From contig OZ244651.1 of NCBI GenBank assembly GCA_965218695.1, positions 96,001-160,000 of the forward strand: 64,000 bases of DNA, read 5' to 3'. Under the pieces are notes generated by a model. It ran no database searches. It saw only the letters and a program-made list of their open reading frames with translations, and had not been told where the DNA came from. Numbering within the stretch: the stretch's first letter is position 1; the number at the start of each line of letters is the position of its first letter. A program made the position numbers and the translations under genes. Positions 18,455 to 28,261 of the stretch are shown here, piece after piece. This DNA comes from Nitrosopumilus sp. GTDB lineage: Archaea; Thermoproteota; Nitrososphaeria; Nitrososphaerales; Nitrosopumilaceae.

Positions 18455-19999
18455 GTATGAATTCACCTGCCCCTTATATCAGTCGACCAACTTCTTCGGC
18501 CACGCTCTTGCCATGTGCCCTCCACGTGAGGACGCACGTGACAAAATCTGCAAGGCGCTTCATGGCCTTGGAGCCGCCCTTGGTCTGCCCGCTTATCTTG
18601 CGGAACACCACCAGGTAGCGCAGCGCCCTCTCGCTGGCGTTGTTTGTAGGCTCGACGCCGGGATGCTCCAGGAACGCAAACATGCGGTGCAGGTGCCTCT
18701 CGAGCTTGTCCAGCACCTTTTGCATGTCGTCATCGTCACCACCACCACCGGCATCGCGGTACCGGTCAAGCACGTCCTGCATGGTGCGGTTCATCGTATG
18801 CCGCAGCTGTGGCGAGCGCGCCTCCTGCGCGGCCAGCAGTTTTGCCCTCTCAAACACCCACTTGTGGTCCTCGTGGAGCTGCTGCTGCCGCCGCCGGACA
18901 CGTTTGGTCTCGGGAGGCACGGCGCAGTATTTTTCTGCCAGGTGCCTTGTCTGCCGGAGGTCGTGCGCCCAGCACGACTGGTGCATGCCGTCCTTGTCAA
19001 ACCTGTCATATCCGGTGTACCCGTCAGTTATCGCCACCCCGTCAAATTTGTCCATGGCATCGAGCATGAGCGTGGCCCTGCTCTGGCTGATGTTTATTGC
19101 GATGTTTTTGCCCGACTGTGCCACGTTTGCGTGTACCTTCTGGCCGTCGTTTCGCCAGCTGGTTTCGTCAAACCCGGCACAGTCAGAAGCCTCCACTTCC
19201 CCGAGGATCCTGCCTGCCTCGTGGCCCGAGGCGTCCCCGACGCGTGCCATGATGTTGTTGACGGTGGATCCTGCAAGCATAATGCCCGTTATGGAGCGCA
19301 CCGCGACCGAGATTCCCTTGAGCGGCACCCGTGCCGCGCGCAGTTCTGAGACGAGTCCGACCATGCCCTTGCCGAAGTTGCCCCGCCGCGGCAGGTCGTT
19401 TGGAGCATCTTCCCTGCGGCCGCATGAGCCGCATACTGCAGTCTCCACGCGGTGCCGCGTCTCGCACGCAGTCACCCTGATGTCCGTGATGTCCCGCACG
19501 CGCGGACTGCCAATCGCCATCCGGCCGCCGCCGCCGCCGCACCCGCATTCCGGGAGCACCGGCACCCGCCTCCTGCCCGACTTCCTGCGCCCGAACCTGT
19601 GGGATACGGTCCTTTCCGGGTCGTGGGGGCGCGACGCCCCCGCGTGTCCCTTTCTTCCCCCGCGCTTGGATTTGCCCTCCTTTTCCTGTTTTTTTGCCCG
19701 CTCCCTCTTCTGGGCCTTCCATTCCAGGGATTCAGATGAGGGCGGCGTGTTGGGGTTTGTATAGTATGTCATGAGGCGTTCGCTGTACCCCAAGGCCCTT
19801 TCAAGACGTTCTATCCTGCCAAGTGCCTTCTCAAGATCGGATTTGAGGGTGGCAATCTCCCGGTTCCGTGCTAGGAGTTCCTCTTTTAGCTGGTCCCTGC
19901 TCATGTGCCGTGAATTTACCATGTAAAGTGATGTGTATTGCCAGCATATGGATCAGTATGATCATTTTTTTGTGACAGGAAGGACAGGTGAATTCATAC
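18455..19999 (-). mobile_element. IS66-family single-ORF element
   Basis: IRs GTATGAATTCACCTG / CAGGTGAATTCATAC; 8-bp TSD GGTGCGGG (18447-18454, 20000-20007). Confidence 0.92.
18474..19922 (-). CDS. IS66-family transposase
   Basis: NTPPS, FDETSW, TDGYTGY, QSCWAH and PTNNASERALR motifs. Confidence 0.92.
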   Translation of the reverse strand: MVNSRHMSRDQLKEELLARNREIATLKSDLEKALGRIERLERALGYSERLMTYYTNPNTPPSSESLEWKAQKRERAKKQEKEGKSKRGGRKGHAGASRPHDPERTVSHRFGRRKSGRRRVPVLPECGCGGGGGRMAIGSPRVRDITDIRVTACETRHRVETAVCGSCGRREDAPNDLPRRGNFGKGMVGLVSELRAARVPLKGISVAVRSITGIMLAGSTVNNIMARVGDASGHEAGRILGEVEASDCAGFDETSWRNDGQKVHANVAQSGKNIAINISQSRATLMLDAMDKFDGVAITDGYTGYDRFDKDGMHQSCWAHDLRQTRHLAEKYCAVPPETKRVRRRQQQLHEDHKWVFERAKLLAAQEARSPQLRHTMNRTMQDVLDRYRDAGGGGDDDDMQKVLDKLERHLHRMFAFLEHPGVEPTNNASERALRYLVVFRKISGQTKGGSKAMKRLADFVTCVLTWRAHGKSVAEEVGRLI

Positions 20000-20004
20000 G
20001 GTGC

Positions 20005-21217
20005 GGGTGTGTCCTAGTAATAAAAAATGCCATTTCATGTGCCAAGATGCCAAAGACATGATTGGTGCCAGAACCCGTCGACGCCAACAGTGCCGCACCA
20101 TCGATCCTCCACAACCCATAAAATCCCCCAAATCCAAGACACGGTGCGGAGGCTCCGCTAGGAAGCGCGTGGTGAAACGCGCCAGCTATGCTGCAAGTGT
20201 CGCGATTTGATCCTGTGTGAGCCTGCCGTCTTTTGCCTGCAATCTGGCCACGAGCTCGATGTTGTAGCACATGACACGGATCGCAGTCTCCCTTGTCCGG
20301 TTCTCGTGTTTTCGGCACCTGGTGCTGTCCCCGTACATCTTCTTGAGGGCGGCAAAGACTGCCTCGATGATGCTGCGCTGGTGGTATTCCGAGTCAAACC
20401 TGTCCCGTTCATCCATGTACAGGCTTACCATCTCGCGCCACGACTGGCTTCCCCTGGCGTTGCGTATGGTGTTGGATTTTGGCTTGATGCGGGGTACCAT
20501 TCCCATCGCAGATATCATGTTGCACATTAGCCTTGCCAGATATGCAGAATCCAGGCAAAAGTCGCCGGTGCCCCGGCCTAACCTGCCGAGCATCGCGTAC
20601 AGCCCGTTTATGTCTGCCACTGCGCTGTCAGTCACCATGCAGTCGATTATCACCCTGGTGCGGATATCCACGATTGCGTGCAGTTTGACCCATCCCTTTC
20701 TGGTACGAAAACTGTCGGTCCTGACGTCAAACCACCTGACAAACCGCAGGTACGAGTATCCGGTACCGTCTGCTGCCAGGGAGCCTGCCTCCACCTCCCT
20801 GATGGCAATCCGGTGTGCCTCTGCCAGGTACCATTCCGGGATCAGGCCGTAGGCGCGTGCTATCGTGCTCTTGGAGGGAATTTTCTCTAGGCCCATCTTG
20901 GCTGCCATGGCGCTATTGTTTCGGAGGATGCCGACCATCTTACGGTAGGTCGTGCGCTGTGCCTCAAGCATGATGCAGACAGCTGCCATGGCGCCAGGCG
21001 GGTATGCCGTCATGCCGCCCAGGCCGGGCCTGACGGCGTACGGATCCCCAAGATTCTTGATTATTCCCAGCACGGTATTCAGCATGAGGCCCGACAGGTA
21101 CTGCTGAACCAAATCGTACTGTCGTTGGTCGCGTTTCTTTGTAGTCATTAGGCGATGCCGTGATCCGCCGATCCATATCTTTTGTCATCCGGGGGTATAT
21201 GCCTCTAGGACACACCC
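20005..21217 (-). mobile_element. IS5-family element (copy 2, intact)
   Basis: IRs GGGTGTGTCCTAG / CTAGGACACACCC; 9-bp TSD TGGTGGTGC (18443-18451, 21218-21226). Confidence 0.92.
20186..21148 (-). CDS. IS5-family DDE transposase
   Basis: ADGTG, WVKLH, LDSAY and YHQRSIIEAVF motifs. Confidence 0.9.
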   Translation of the reverse strand: MTTKKRDQRQYDLVQQYLSGLMLNTVLGIIKNLGDPYAVRPGLGGMTAYPPGAMAAVCIMLEAQRTTYRKMVGILRNNSAMAAKMGLEKIPSKSTIARAYGLIPEWYLAEAHRIAIREVEAGSLAADGTGYSYLRFVRWFDVRTDSFRTRKGWVKLHAIVDIRTRVIIDCMVTDSAVADINGLYAMLGRLGRGTGDFCLDSAYLARLMCNMISAMGMVPRIKPKSNTIRNARGSQSWREMVSLYMDERDRFDSEYHQRSIIEAVFAALKKMYGDSTRCRKHENRTRETAIRVMCYNIELVARLQAKDGRLTQDQIATLAA

Positions 21218-21563
21218 TGGTGGTGCAGTGTGCCGGATCCGTCCGTCACAGCATGGACAGGATTATGTTTGACACACTGCATGTGTGGGAAATCCGGTTG
21301 TAGATGTCCTGATAATGTCCTTTTGTATGCAGATCCGGGCTTATTCAACAAGTATCATATAAGCCAGCAATGCCATGTAGTGTCATGGGTGTTATCCAGA
21401 TTGTAAAAGGCAGGACTGATCTTGCGTGTGCGCCAGATTCAACCGGCCGGCCGGAGCTTCTTGCAGGGGCCCGCCTTCTGCCTGAAGGGATTGAATCCGA
21501 GACGGGACAGGTTGCAGACGGATCCATGCCAGGACTCATCACACATCCGGGATTGTTGTGGAA

Positions 21564-22082
21564 ATGAACCTGCGAATCCCCGTCACCAAATTGGAACCGT
21601 TGCCGTTTAAGATAAAGACATTTGGCTACAACCGATACCGGATCGAACATCCAAAGATTAGCGGTATCCTGAACCTTGGACACATTGTTACACGCGTTAG
21701 CAAGGTTCCGGATTCCATGATTCCAAAGCAACCCCTGCCTGACGGAATTGCCGTGGCAGTGGAATACCATCCAATTATGTCATTTACCAACCAGGGTCAC
21801 AGGAATACCCCGTCACAAAAGTTGCCTACGCCGCAGGAACTTGGCACTTCAAAAAAGCAGGAACTTACAGGTTTTATCATTGATGCAGAAAACTATGAGC
21901 CCTGGAACGAATATGTGCTGGAGAAGCCGGTTCCAAGACTGCTAAAGACGCGTACGGTGCTAGTCAAGATAGAATGGGTGGTTGACTGCTATGATCGCGT
22001 AGGGGATCCGGCACTCGTAGTCAAGCCAAACACAATCCACTCCATTTCAAACACGGACGCGCCAGAATCCGGCATGCGCTAG
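21564..22082 (+). CDS. Hypothetical protein
   Basis: 172-aa ORF with plausible composition; no recognised motif. Confidence 0.6.
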   Translation: MNLRIPVTKLEPLPFKIKTFGYNRYRIEHPKISGILNLGHIVTRVSKVPDSMIPKQPLPDGIAVAVEYHPIMSFTNQGHRNTPSQKLPTPQELGTSKKQELTGFIIDAENYEPWNEYVLEKPVPRLLKTRTVLVKIEWVVDCYDRVGDPALVVKPNTIHSISNTDAPESGMR

Positions 22083-22299
22083 ATCAGCCATTCCGGCAAT
22101 CATCCATGTCATACACCATGCGCAGTTTGCAGCGCTGATGCATGCGTGGCTCCCGTGGCAGGTCCCAGCAGATACAACAGGCCGGCTGACTTGCACGCGG
22201 TACGAAAAATTGCAAGGCCCTGTGGCAGGGGATGGGATGTTAATCCATAGCACAACCGTGTAAAAATAGTCTTTATATCATCTGCAACGCAGATGTATC

Positions 22300-23193
22300 A
22301 TGGCCCGCGGGTATGGCATGAATGAGATGCGGCAGAATCTTATCCGGATCATGGGCGATTCCAAGACCGAGATGTCCGGAGTGGAACTCTCCCGGAGGCT
22401 AGGGATCAGCAGAATCACCATGGCCAAATATCTTGCCCTCTTTGAGACCGGGGGGTTGCTCCGCAAGAGGGGCATCGGCAACGTTACCCTGTGGTCGCTG
22501 GAGCCGGAACAAGAATCATTTGACTTTCCTGATGATTACTTCAAGGTGGCCCAAATGTATCTCAGGTACCTGACTGAGAATTCGGAGGATCAGGCATTTT
22601 TACTACTCCAAAACTGTATGGATTCAGGCGGTGTCATCAGCAGGCTTATCCTTGAAGTGATCATGCCCGCAGTTGATTCGGTCCGGGTAATGTATGACGA
22701 CGGCAGGATCGGAACCGCCGAACGCAGCCTACTTGAGACTGCAATATCCCGTTCCCTGCACATGCTAAGTCAGGCACAGTCTGCCGTTCAGCCGGAAAAA
22801 AATGTAGTCGTGATAGCAGCTGACTCTCAGAGCAGACTGGTATCTGAGATTGCCTCTGCTGCGTACCGCTCCGATGGCTGGAAGGTGTCTCATCTGGGGG
22901 ACATGTCTATGGCAATCAACGTCCTTTTTGATCTCGACTTTCAAAAACTGATCCGAAAGGTGTGGAGACAGAAACCAGGAATTCTGATCGTGGTGGTATT
23001 TTCGCACAGCGTAGAGGGGTTCAGTTTTTTTGCAGACTCTGTAAAACAGATCCGGTCAAAGTCAGGAAGACGCATAAAGCTGGTTCTTTGTGGCAAACTC
23101 TCGGACAGATTCGGACATGAATCCGATCTGCTGACTGAAAGGGTGGAGGACGTATTGCAGTGGTCCGCAACTGTATCTGGGAATCTCAAGTAG
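22300..23193 (+). CDS. HTH regulator with degenerate B12-binding-like domains
   Basis: N-terminal wHTH, helical cap (YDDGRIGTAE) and Rossmann-like C-terminus. Confidence 0.75.
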   Translation: MARGYGMNEMRQNLIRIMGDSKTEMSGVELSRRLGISRITMAKYLALFETGGLLRKRGIGNVTLWSLEPEQESFDFPDDYFKVAQMYLRYLTENSEDQAFLLLQNCMDSGGVISRLILEVIMPAVDSVRVMYDDGRIGTAERSLLETAISRSLHMLSQAQSAVQPEKNVVVIAADSQSRLVSEIASAAYRSDGWKVSHLGDMSMAINVLFDLDFQKLIRKVWRQKPGILIVVVFSHSVEGFSFFADSVKQIRSKSGRRIKLVLCGKLSDRFGHESDLLTERVEDVLQWSATVSGNLK

Positions 23194-23197
23194 AGGA

Positions 23198-23272
23198 TGG
23201 GCCCGATGAGATTCGAACTCATGACCTTTCGATTATCAGTCGAACGCTCCAGCCAAGCTGAGCTACGAGCCC
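23198..23272 (-). tRNA. tRNA-Ile(GAT)
   Basis: Cloverleaf GGGCTCG...CGGGCCCA; anticodon loop CTGATAA. Confidence 0.95.
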
Positions 23273-23371
23273 ACTAGAAATTTTCCTAGTTGGAGCCATT
23301 TAAGTTTAATTTATGGTTTGGGTATTGGATCCTGACAAGCCGTGCAAGTTCGGACCCACCTTGCCGGCCGA

Positions 23372-23923
23372 CTATTCCTTCCACTTGATCGAGCATCCGA
23401 TTGACGGATCAAAATCCTTTTCAATACTCTTGCCCTCAAGCAGTCTCTTGATGTTGTTTATCATCGTCTTTTCAGTGGCCGTGTCCCCCGGGCTCATGGC
23501 GTTGTCGATTCTTCCGTGAAAGACAAGCCTCTTTTGAGCATCAAACAGGAATGGATCCGGCGTGCACATTGCACCATACCTTCTGGCAGTCTCCTGCGAT
23601 TCGTCGATCAGGTAGTCAAATCCAAATCCCTTCTCTTTTGCAGTCTGTTTCATTGCCTCAAAGCTGTCTTCTGGATAACTGGTTGAATCGTTGCTGTTGA
23701 TCCCCACTATTGCAATGCTGTCTCCAAATTTTTCATACAGCTCGTTTAGTGCGTCTGCCTTGGCCTTTACATACGGACAGTGGTTGCACATGAAGATGAC
23801 CAAGATTCCCCTGTAACTGTCATAGTCCCCAAGTGCATGTGTCCCGTCATCAACTCCGAGCAGTTCAAAGTCCGGTGCCACATCGCCTGCTTTGAGCTTG
23901 ATCTGTGACTCCAAAAGTACCAT
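23372..23923 (-). CDS. AhpC/TSA thioredoxin-fold protein
   Basis: APDF, FMCNHCPYV, CTPDPF and SIGCSIKW motifs. Confidence 0.9.
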   Translation of the reverse strand: MVLLESQIKLKAGDVAPDFELLGVDDGTHALGDYDSYRGILVIFMCNHCPYVKAKADALNELYEKFGDSIAIVGINSNDSTSYPEDSFEAMKQTAKEKGFGFDYLIDESQETARRYGAMCTPDPFLFDAQKRLVFHGRIDNAMSPGDTATEKTMINNIKRLLEGKSIEKDFDPSIGCSIKWKE

Positions 23924-24150
23924 GCATGAGTGCGTGCTGTCTGTAAATAAAATCCTTACCAGATCGCCAGTGTGTGTTTTGCCGGCTGCGTCAAGTCCTG
24001 TATCTCCTGCTGCACGGTATGAAGGATTCCGCACTGACACCTGCGGGAATCCGTTCTGCCATTAACAGTCGCCTGTCCGCACACTCGCAGTTCTCCCGGG
24101 GAGACATCGCACACAACAATTAAAATCAGCACCGGGACTACCCCTCGCGT

Positions 24151-24227
24151 GGGCCGGTAGTATAGCCTGGTAGTATACCCGCCTTGCACGCGGGGGGTCA
24201 CGGATTCAAATTCCGTCCGGTCCACCA
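24151..24227 (+). tRNA. tRNA-Ala(TGC), CCA encoded
   Basis: Anticodon arm CCCGC-CTTGCAC-GCGGG; G3:U70 pair. Confidence 0.93.
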
Positions 24228-24293
24228 TCCTCCATGTCCGACAGGATTCAATCCTTTGGATGGATTTAAATAGGATAAGTTTCAGTTCTTTTC

Positions 24294-24395
24294 ATGGCAA
24301 GTGTAGCAGACGGATGGCCTGTATTCATTCCAATGATCGTAGGTTTGGCACCAGGACTGATTTACTGGCTGGCAATTACCGCAAGGAGAAAATAA
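24294..24395 (+). CDS. 33-aa single-pass membrane microprotein (MASVADGWPVFIPMIVGLAPGLIYWLAITARRK)
   Basis: TATA TTTAAATA about 22 bp upstream, T-rich terminator, hydrophobic core with basic tail; below the ORF-track cutoff. Confidence 0.75.
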   Translation: MASVADGWPVFIPMIVGLAPGLIYWLAITARRK

Positions 24396-24621
24396 TCTCT
24401 TATTTTTAATCTCTTTTTAGTACACCCTTATCGACTAGATTGCTCCATTCCGGCATGTCCATGCATCGGATGCAGGAGATCACAGGTATTCCCTCATGGC
24501 ATCTCCGTTGCAGCATACGTGTCCTGAGACATGATCCCCGTGTTTGGTTAAACGTTGTTACCTTTCTTGTTCATTATATCATACGCTGTACAACATTAAT
24601 CACTATCTCCAACAACATTTG

Positions 24622-25668
24622 ATGCATGGTGCTGTTCTTGGCATATCCATAATCCTAATGCTGGTTCCATTCTCAGATGGATTCTCACAGGGCTCCTCTA
24701 CGCAGCTTGGCCTACCCCTGAAGGCCTCTCATGTCTATCAGGACACTGAAGGGTACACCGTCGTAGTCGGAGTTGTTGAAAACATCAACCAGCTGTCTGC
24801 TGTTGCCAACGTCTTCATTCACGTAACCTTTTATGGCAATGCCGGCCAGGAACCGCTGGAATATGCCTCTGGGGCCACCACGCTTGATGTGATTCCGTCC
24901 GGTGCAAGCTCTACGTTTGTCATAAGTTCTGAAACCCCAAACCCCGAGATAACAAATGCATCCGTACGTCTTTTGAGCTTTGATCTTGCAACAGAGAAAC
25001 AACACAACCTGACCGTATCCCCTGGCAATGTCGTATTTGACAATACATTTCGGTTCTCCGGCGTTCTGCAAAACGGTGCTGCACCGACTTCAGAGAACCG
25101 GGTTCATCTTGCCTTTTACGATGCCTTTGTACCACCACGGATACTTTCCGTCTTGACTGTGAACCTGGGTGATGTGGAACCCAACGCCGAGGTGGCCTTT
25201 GATGTTGAGGACGCGATCGATTCCAGGGCCGTTGGTTTTTCGCTGTTTGCCGAATCTGACATATTTTATTCTGATGTAGTCGATGTACAGATTCCGCCAC
25301 GCCATCTCTTGACAAAACTTGCCACAATACATGATGTTTCGGCAACAGACGAGTCAGGCGCAAGAGTCTCTGAGATTAATGCCGGTTCCACTGTAACAGT
25401 CAGCAGTTCGGTTGGGATTCAATATGTGGATGATCAGGACGCCCAGACGCCATACAAGTACTATGTCCAGATAAAGGAATCCGGAAGTTCTCCGGTCGTA
25501 GTATTTCTTGGGGTATATGATGGGGTGTTTGACGGCACGGCCCAGTCCCCAAATGTGGACTGGACTCCGGAAGAACCTGGCCTGTTCCTCATTGAGACGT
25601 TTGTGTGGGATGAAAACAACATACCAATCACCAACAATGGACCGATCGCCCTGTTTGTTGTAACCTAG
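24622..25668 (+). CDS. Exported beta-rich (Ig-like) protein
   Basis: Signal peptide; repeated G.V.N beta-sandwich motifs; C-terminal WTPEEPG...ETFVW. Confidence 0.75.
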   Translation: MHGAVLGISIILMLVPFSDGFSQGSSTQLGLPLKASHVYQDTEGYTVVVGVVENINQLSAVANVFIHVTFYGNAGQEPLEYASGATTLDVIPSGASSTFVISSETPNPEITNASVRLLSFDLATEKQHNLTVSPGNVVFDNTFRFSGVLQNGAAPTSENRVHLAFYDAFVPPRILSVLTVNLGDVEPNAEVAFDVEDAIDSRAVGFSLFAESDIFYSDVVDVQIPPRHLLTKLATIHDVSATDESGARVSEINAGSTVTVSSSVGIQYVDDQDAQTPYKYYVQIKESGSSPVVVFLGVYDGVFDGTAQSPNVDWTPEEPGLFLIETFVWDENNIPITNNGPIALFVVT

Positions 25669-25818
25669 CACACTCCATGATGCCCAAAACTTCCTACACA
25701 TCCTGAATCATGTGCAGCCTTTCTGAACGCAGACATGCAGCTATCCCATCATGCCGAAATGAACAGGAGGCAGTCCTAAAGTGGTATGTTTATCTTCTGA
25801 TGGCATAATGTTTCTGTA

Positions 25819-26283
25819 ATGTCACGGTTCCCTCTTGTTGCCACAGGCGGCACGTTTGATATAATCCACAGGGGACATCTTGTCCTGCTTGGAACCGCGT
25901 TTGACATATCTGACAAGGTGATCATAGGGTTGACAAGTGACGAGTTTGCAGCTAGGCTGGGAAAGACGACTGCCAACAAGTATGCTCAAAGGTTTGATAA
26001 TCTGCGTGCTGCCATCTCAAGGGAGTTTCCAGACAAATCCTATACCATCGCAAGGCTGGATAATGATTTTGGACCTGCGGTCCTGGAGGAGACTGTCAAG
26101 GCTCTGGTGGTCAGCGAGGAAACTTGCAGGCAAGGCAGCGCACTTAATCGTCTGAGATCCAAAAGAGGGATCCCACCTGTCCAGATCATAACGGTTCCCA
26201 TGTATAATGCAAAAGATGGCGTACGGATATCCACTACTAGAATCAAAAACTTCGAGATTGATACTGAAGGGGACTTTGTTTGA
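25819..26283 (+). CDS. coaD: Phosphopantetheine adenylyltransferase
   Basis: GGTFDIIHRGH, GLTSD, VVSEET and ISTTRI motifs. Confidence 0.9.
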   Translation: MSRFPLVATGGTFDIIHRGHLVLLGTAFDISDKVIIGLTSDEFAARLGKTTANKYAQRFDNLRAAISREFPDKSYTIARLDNDFGPAVLEETVKALVVSEETCRQGSALNRLRSKRGIPPVQIITVPMYNAKDGVRISTTRIKNFEIDTEGDFV

Positions 26284-26342
26284 CAAGCAGCTTGCCGAAC
26301 TTTGAGCATTCCTGATAAAAGACAATCACAGGATCCTACAGG

Positions 26343-26672
26343 GTGGCAATCATCAAGCACATGGTAAGGCAGATCAACTCTGACATATCCTGTCTCAAAC
26401 AGGGACTGTATCCGGAGAGCCTGTCTTTCTGGTATGACCGGATAATTCAGGAGACCATTGAGATGGCTCCTCCATGGCTTCAGGACAAGATCAAGGTTCA
26501 TCAGGATCCAATCCTCACGCTAAAGTTCAATCTGGACATATCAAAGCGTGCTGTCCGATATTTCATGATTGCAGTAGACAACAACCTAGACGACATGCCG
26601 TACTCGACTAGGCTGTATTTTCTCAAGGTACAGGAGATACTGGCAACTGAGATGGACAAATCACTTGTATGA
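26343..26672 (+). CDS. Conserved hypothetical protein
   Basis: 109-aa ORF with GTG start, co-oriented with neighbours. Confidence 0.7.
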   Translation: MAIIKHMVRQINSDISCLKQGLYPESLSFWYDRIIQETIEMAPPWLQDKIKVHQDPILTLKFNLDISKRAVRYFMIAVDNNLDDMPYSTRLYFLKVQEILATEMDKSLV

Positions 26673-26733
26673 TGTCATGTGCAAGAACATGCCCAACCTC
26701 TAACTATCTATATCCGGCTGCAGTCCATATGGC

Positions 26734-27744
26734 ATGGATCTCTACAGACCTGCGCGCTCAAAAAAGAGATCGGATGGCCGCAGGCGATCCGACGGCGCAT
26801 CTCGTTCCTTTAGAAACTCCAGAGAACGTCCTGCACCTGTAAGGGCAGATGTAAGGTGTGCCGACTGCAGCACCCTGTTTGAGCCTCCGTTTGTTCCAAG
26901 GGATGGCAGACCAGTCTACTGTAGCAGGTGCTTCAGGAATCACAGACAGGATGATGATGGCCATTCCACCGGAGACAGACGATCCGGACGCTACGAAGGC
27001 GGTGACCGTCGCTCCACCGGAGACAGACGATCCGGACGCTACGAAGGCGGTGACCGTCGCTCCACCGGAGACAGACGATCCGACGGCGCATCTCGTTCCT
27101 TTAGAAACTCCAGAGAACGTCCTGCACCTGTAAGGGCAGATGTAAGGTGTGCCGACTGCAGCACCCTGTTTGAGCCTCCGTTTGTTCCAAGGGATGGCAG
27201 ACCAGTCTACTGTAGCAGGTGCTTCAGGAATCACAGACAGGATGATGATGGCCATTCCACCGGAGACAGACGATCCGGACGCTACGAAGGCGGTGACCGT
27301 CGCTCCACCGGAGACAGACGATCCGGACGCTACGAAGGCGGTGACCGTTGCTCCACCGGAGACCGAAAACAGGAACGTTATGAGACTGATGATTCTAGGG
27401 GGTCAAGACCAGAACAGACCTCGCACACTGACGAGTCTGCCGGATTCTATGATTTGCTAAGGGAGAAATTATTTACAATTCTGGGCGGAAGAGTATGTTC
27501 CGGCTGCGGATACCGGGATGAGAGGGCTCTGGGGTTCAGTCATGTACATGGCGAAATATCGTTTGATAAAATCAGACGTGGTGGTGCTGTATCCTCATGG
27601 GAAAAATACGTCATGGATCCTGATGCTGCCCAGAAGGAATTGAAGGTCCTGTGTCTAAACTGCAATGAAATTAGGCAGCCTATAACACGATCAAAAAACG
27701 ACAGATCAAACACTGGCCAAAAGATTAAGCGTTTTCCCAGATGA
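26734..27744 (+). CDS. Protein with two CxxC-x17-CxxC zinc ribbons, RDG-rich repeats and an HNH-like C-terminus
   Basis: CADC...PFVPRDGRPVYCSRC twice; C-terminal CSGC...H...LCLNCN. Confidence 0.8.
   Translation: MDLYRPARSKKRSDGRRRSDGASRSFRNSRERPAPVRADVRCADCSTLFEPPFVPRDGRPVYCSRCFRNHRQDDDGHSTGDRRSGRYEGGDRRSTGDRRSGRYEGGDRRSTGDRRSDGASRSFRNSRERPAPVRADVRCADCSTLFEPPFVPRDGRPVYCSRCFRNHRQDDDGHSTGDRRSGRYEGGDRRSTGDRRSGRYEGGDRCSTGDRKQERYETDDSRGSRPEQTSHTDESAGFYDLLREKLFTILGGRVCSGCGYRDERALGFSHVHGEISFDKIRRGGAVSSWEKYVMDPDAAQKELKVLCLNCNEIRQPITRSKNDRSNTGQKIKRFPR
26785..27362 (+). repeat. 291-bp tandem duplication containing 48-bp tandem subrepeats
   Basis: Near-identical sequence at offset 291; the 48-bp unit encodes STGDRRSGRYEGGDRR. 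Confidence 0.92.
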
Positions 27745-27979
27745 CGTACCGGATCAGATTTGCCGGTACGGTATGATATTTCAATCTGGTATAATTTACA
27801 GGGTCCATCCTCTGTCACACATCAGTCTGGCTCACAATACGCAAACAATGTGGCCTTCATTAACACTTTAATTATAATGATCATCAAATCAAAACATGAA
27901 CCAAGACTTTTCGGCCCTGGGTTTTTCTCTGATTGCCCTCGTGGTAGTCACAGGCATATATGCACTGTTCTTCCGATAG

Positions 27980-28261
27980 TCACTCCTTGATGATCTCTAC
28001 GCAGTTCCCCCGGGTCTTGGCCGAGATCAGTCTGTGTTCCCCATCCATAACTGACTGCATAAAGTCTGCAAGCCTCTCCACATCTGTGGCAGAATCAAGC
28101 AGTATGCTGTGGGCCGACTTGTCCTTGAGGGATATGACCAGCTCGTTGTCTATGACGTTGAGAATTCCTGTAATGTATGTATCCCCGACATCCCTGATGA
28201 AGATCAGACTTGCCAGTTTCTGGGCCTCGTATTTGTCGCCACACGGGATGCTGATTCTCAT
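27980..28261 (-). CDS. Hypothetical protein coupled to trpS
   Basis: Start overlaps the trpS stop (ATGA). Confidence 0.75.
   Translation of the reverse strand: MRISIPCGDKYEAQKLASLIFIRDVGDTYITGILNVIDNELVISLKDKSAHSILLDSATDVERLADFMQSVMDGEHRLISAKTRGNCVEIIKE

Noticed and set aside
26965-27362. 48-bp repeats as a CRISPR array
   Set aside because: Repeats are contiguous, in-frame and have no unique spacers; no cas genes nearby
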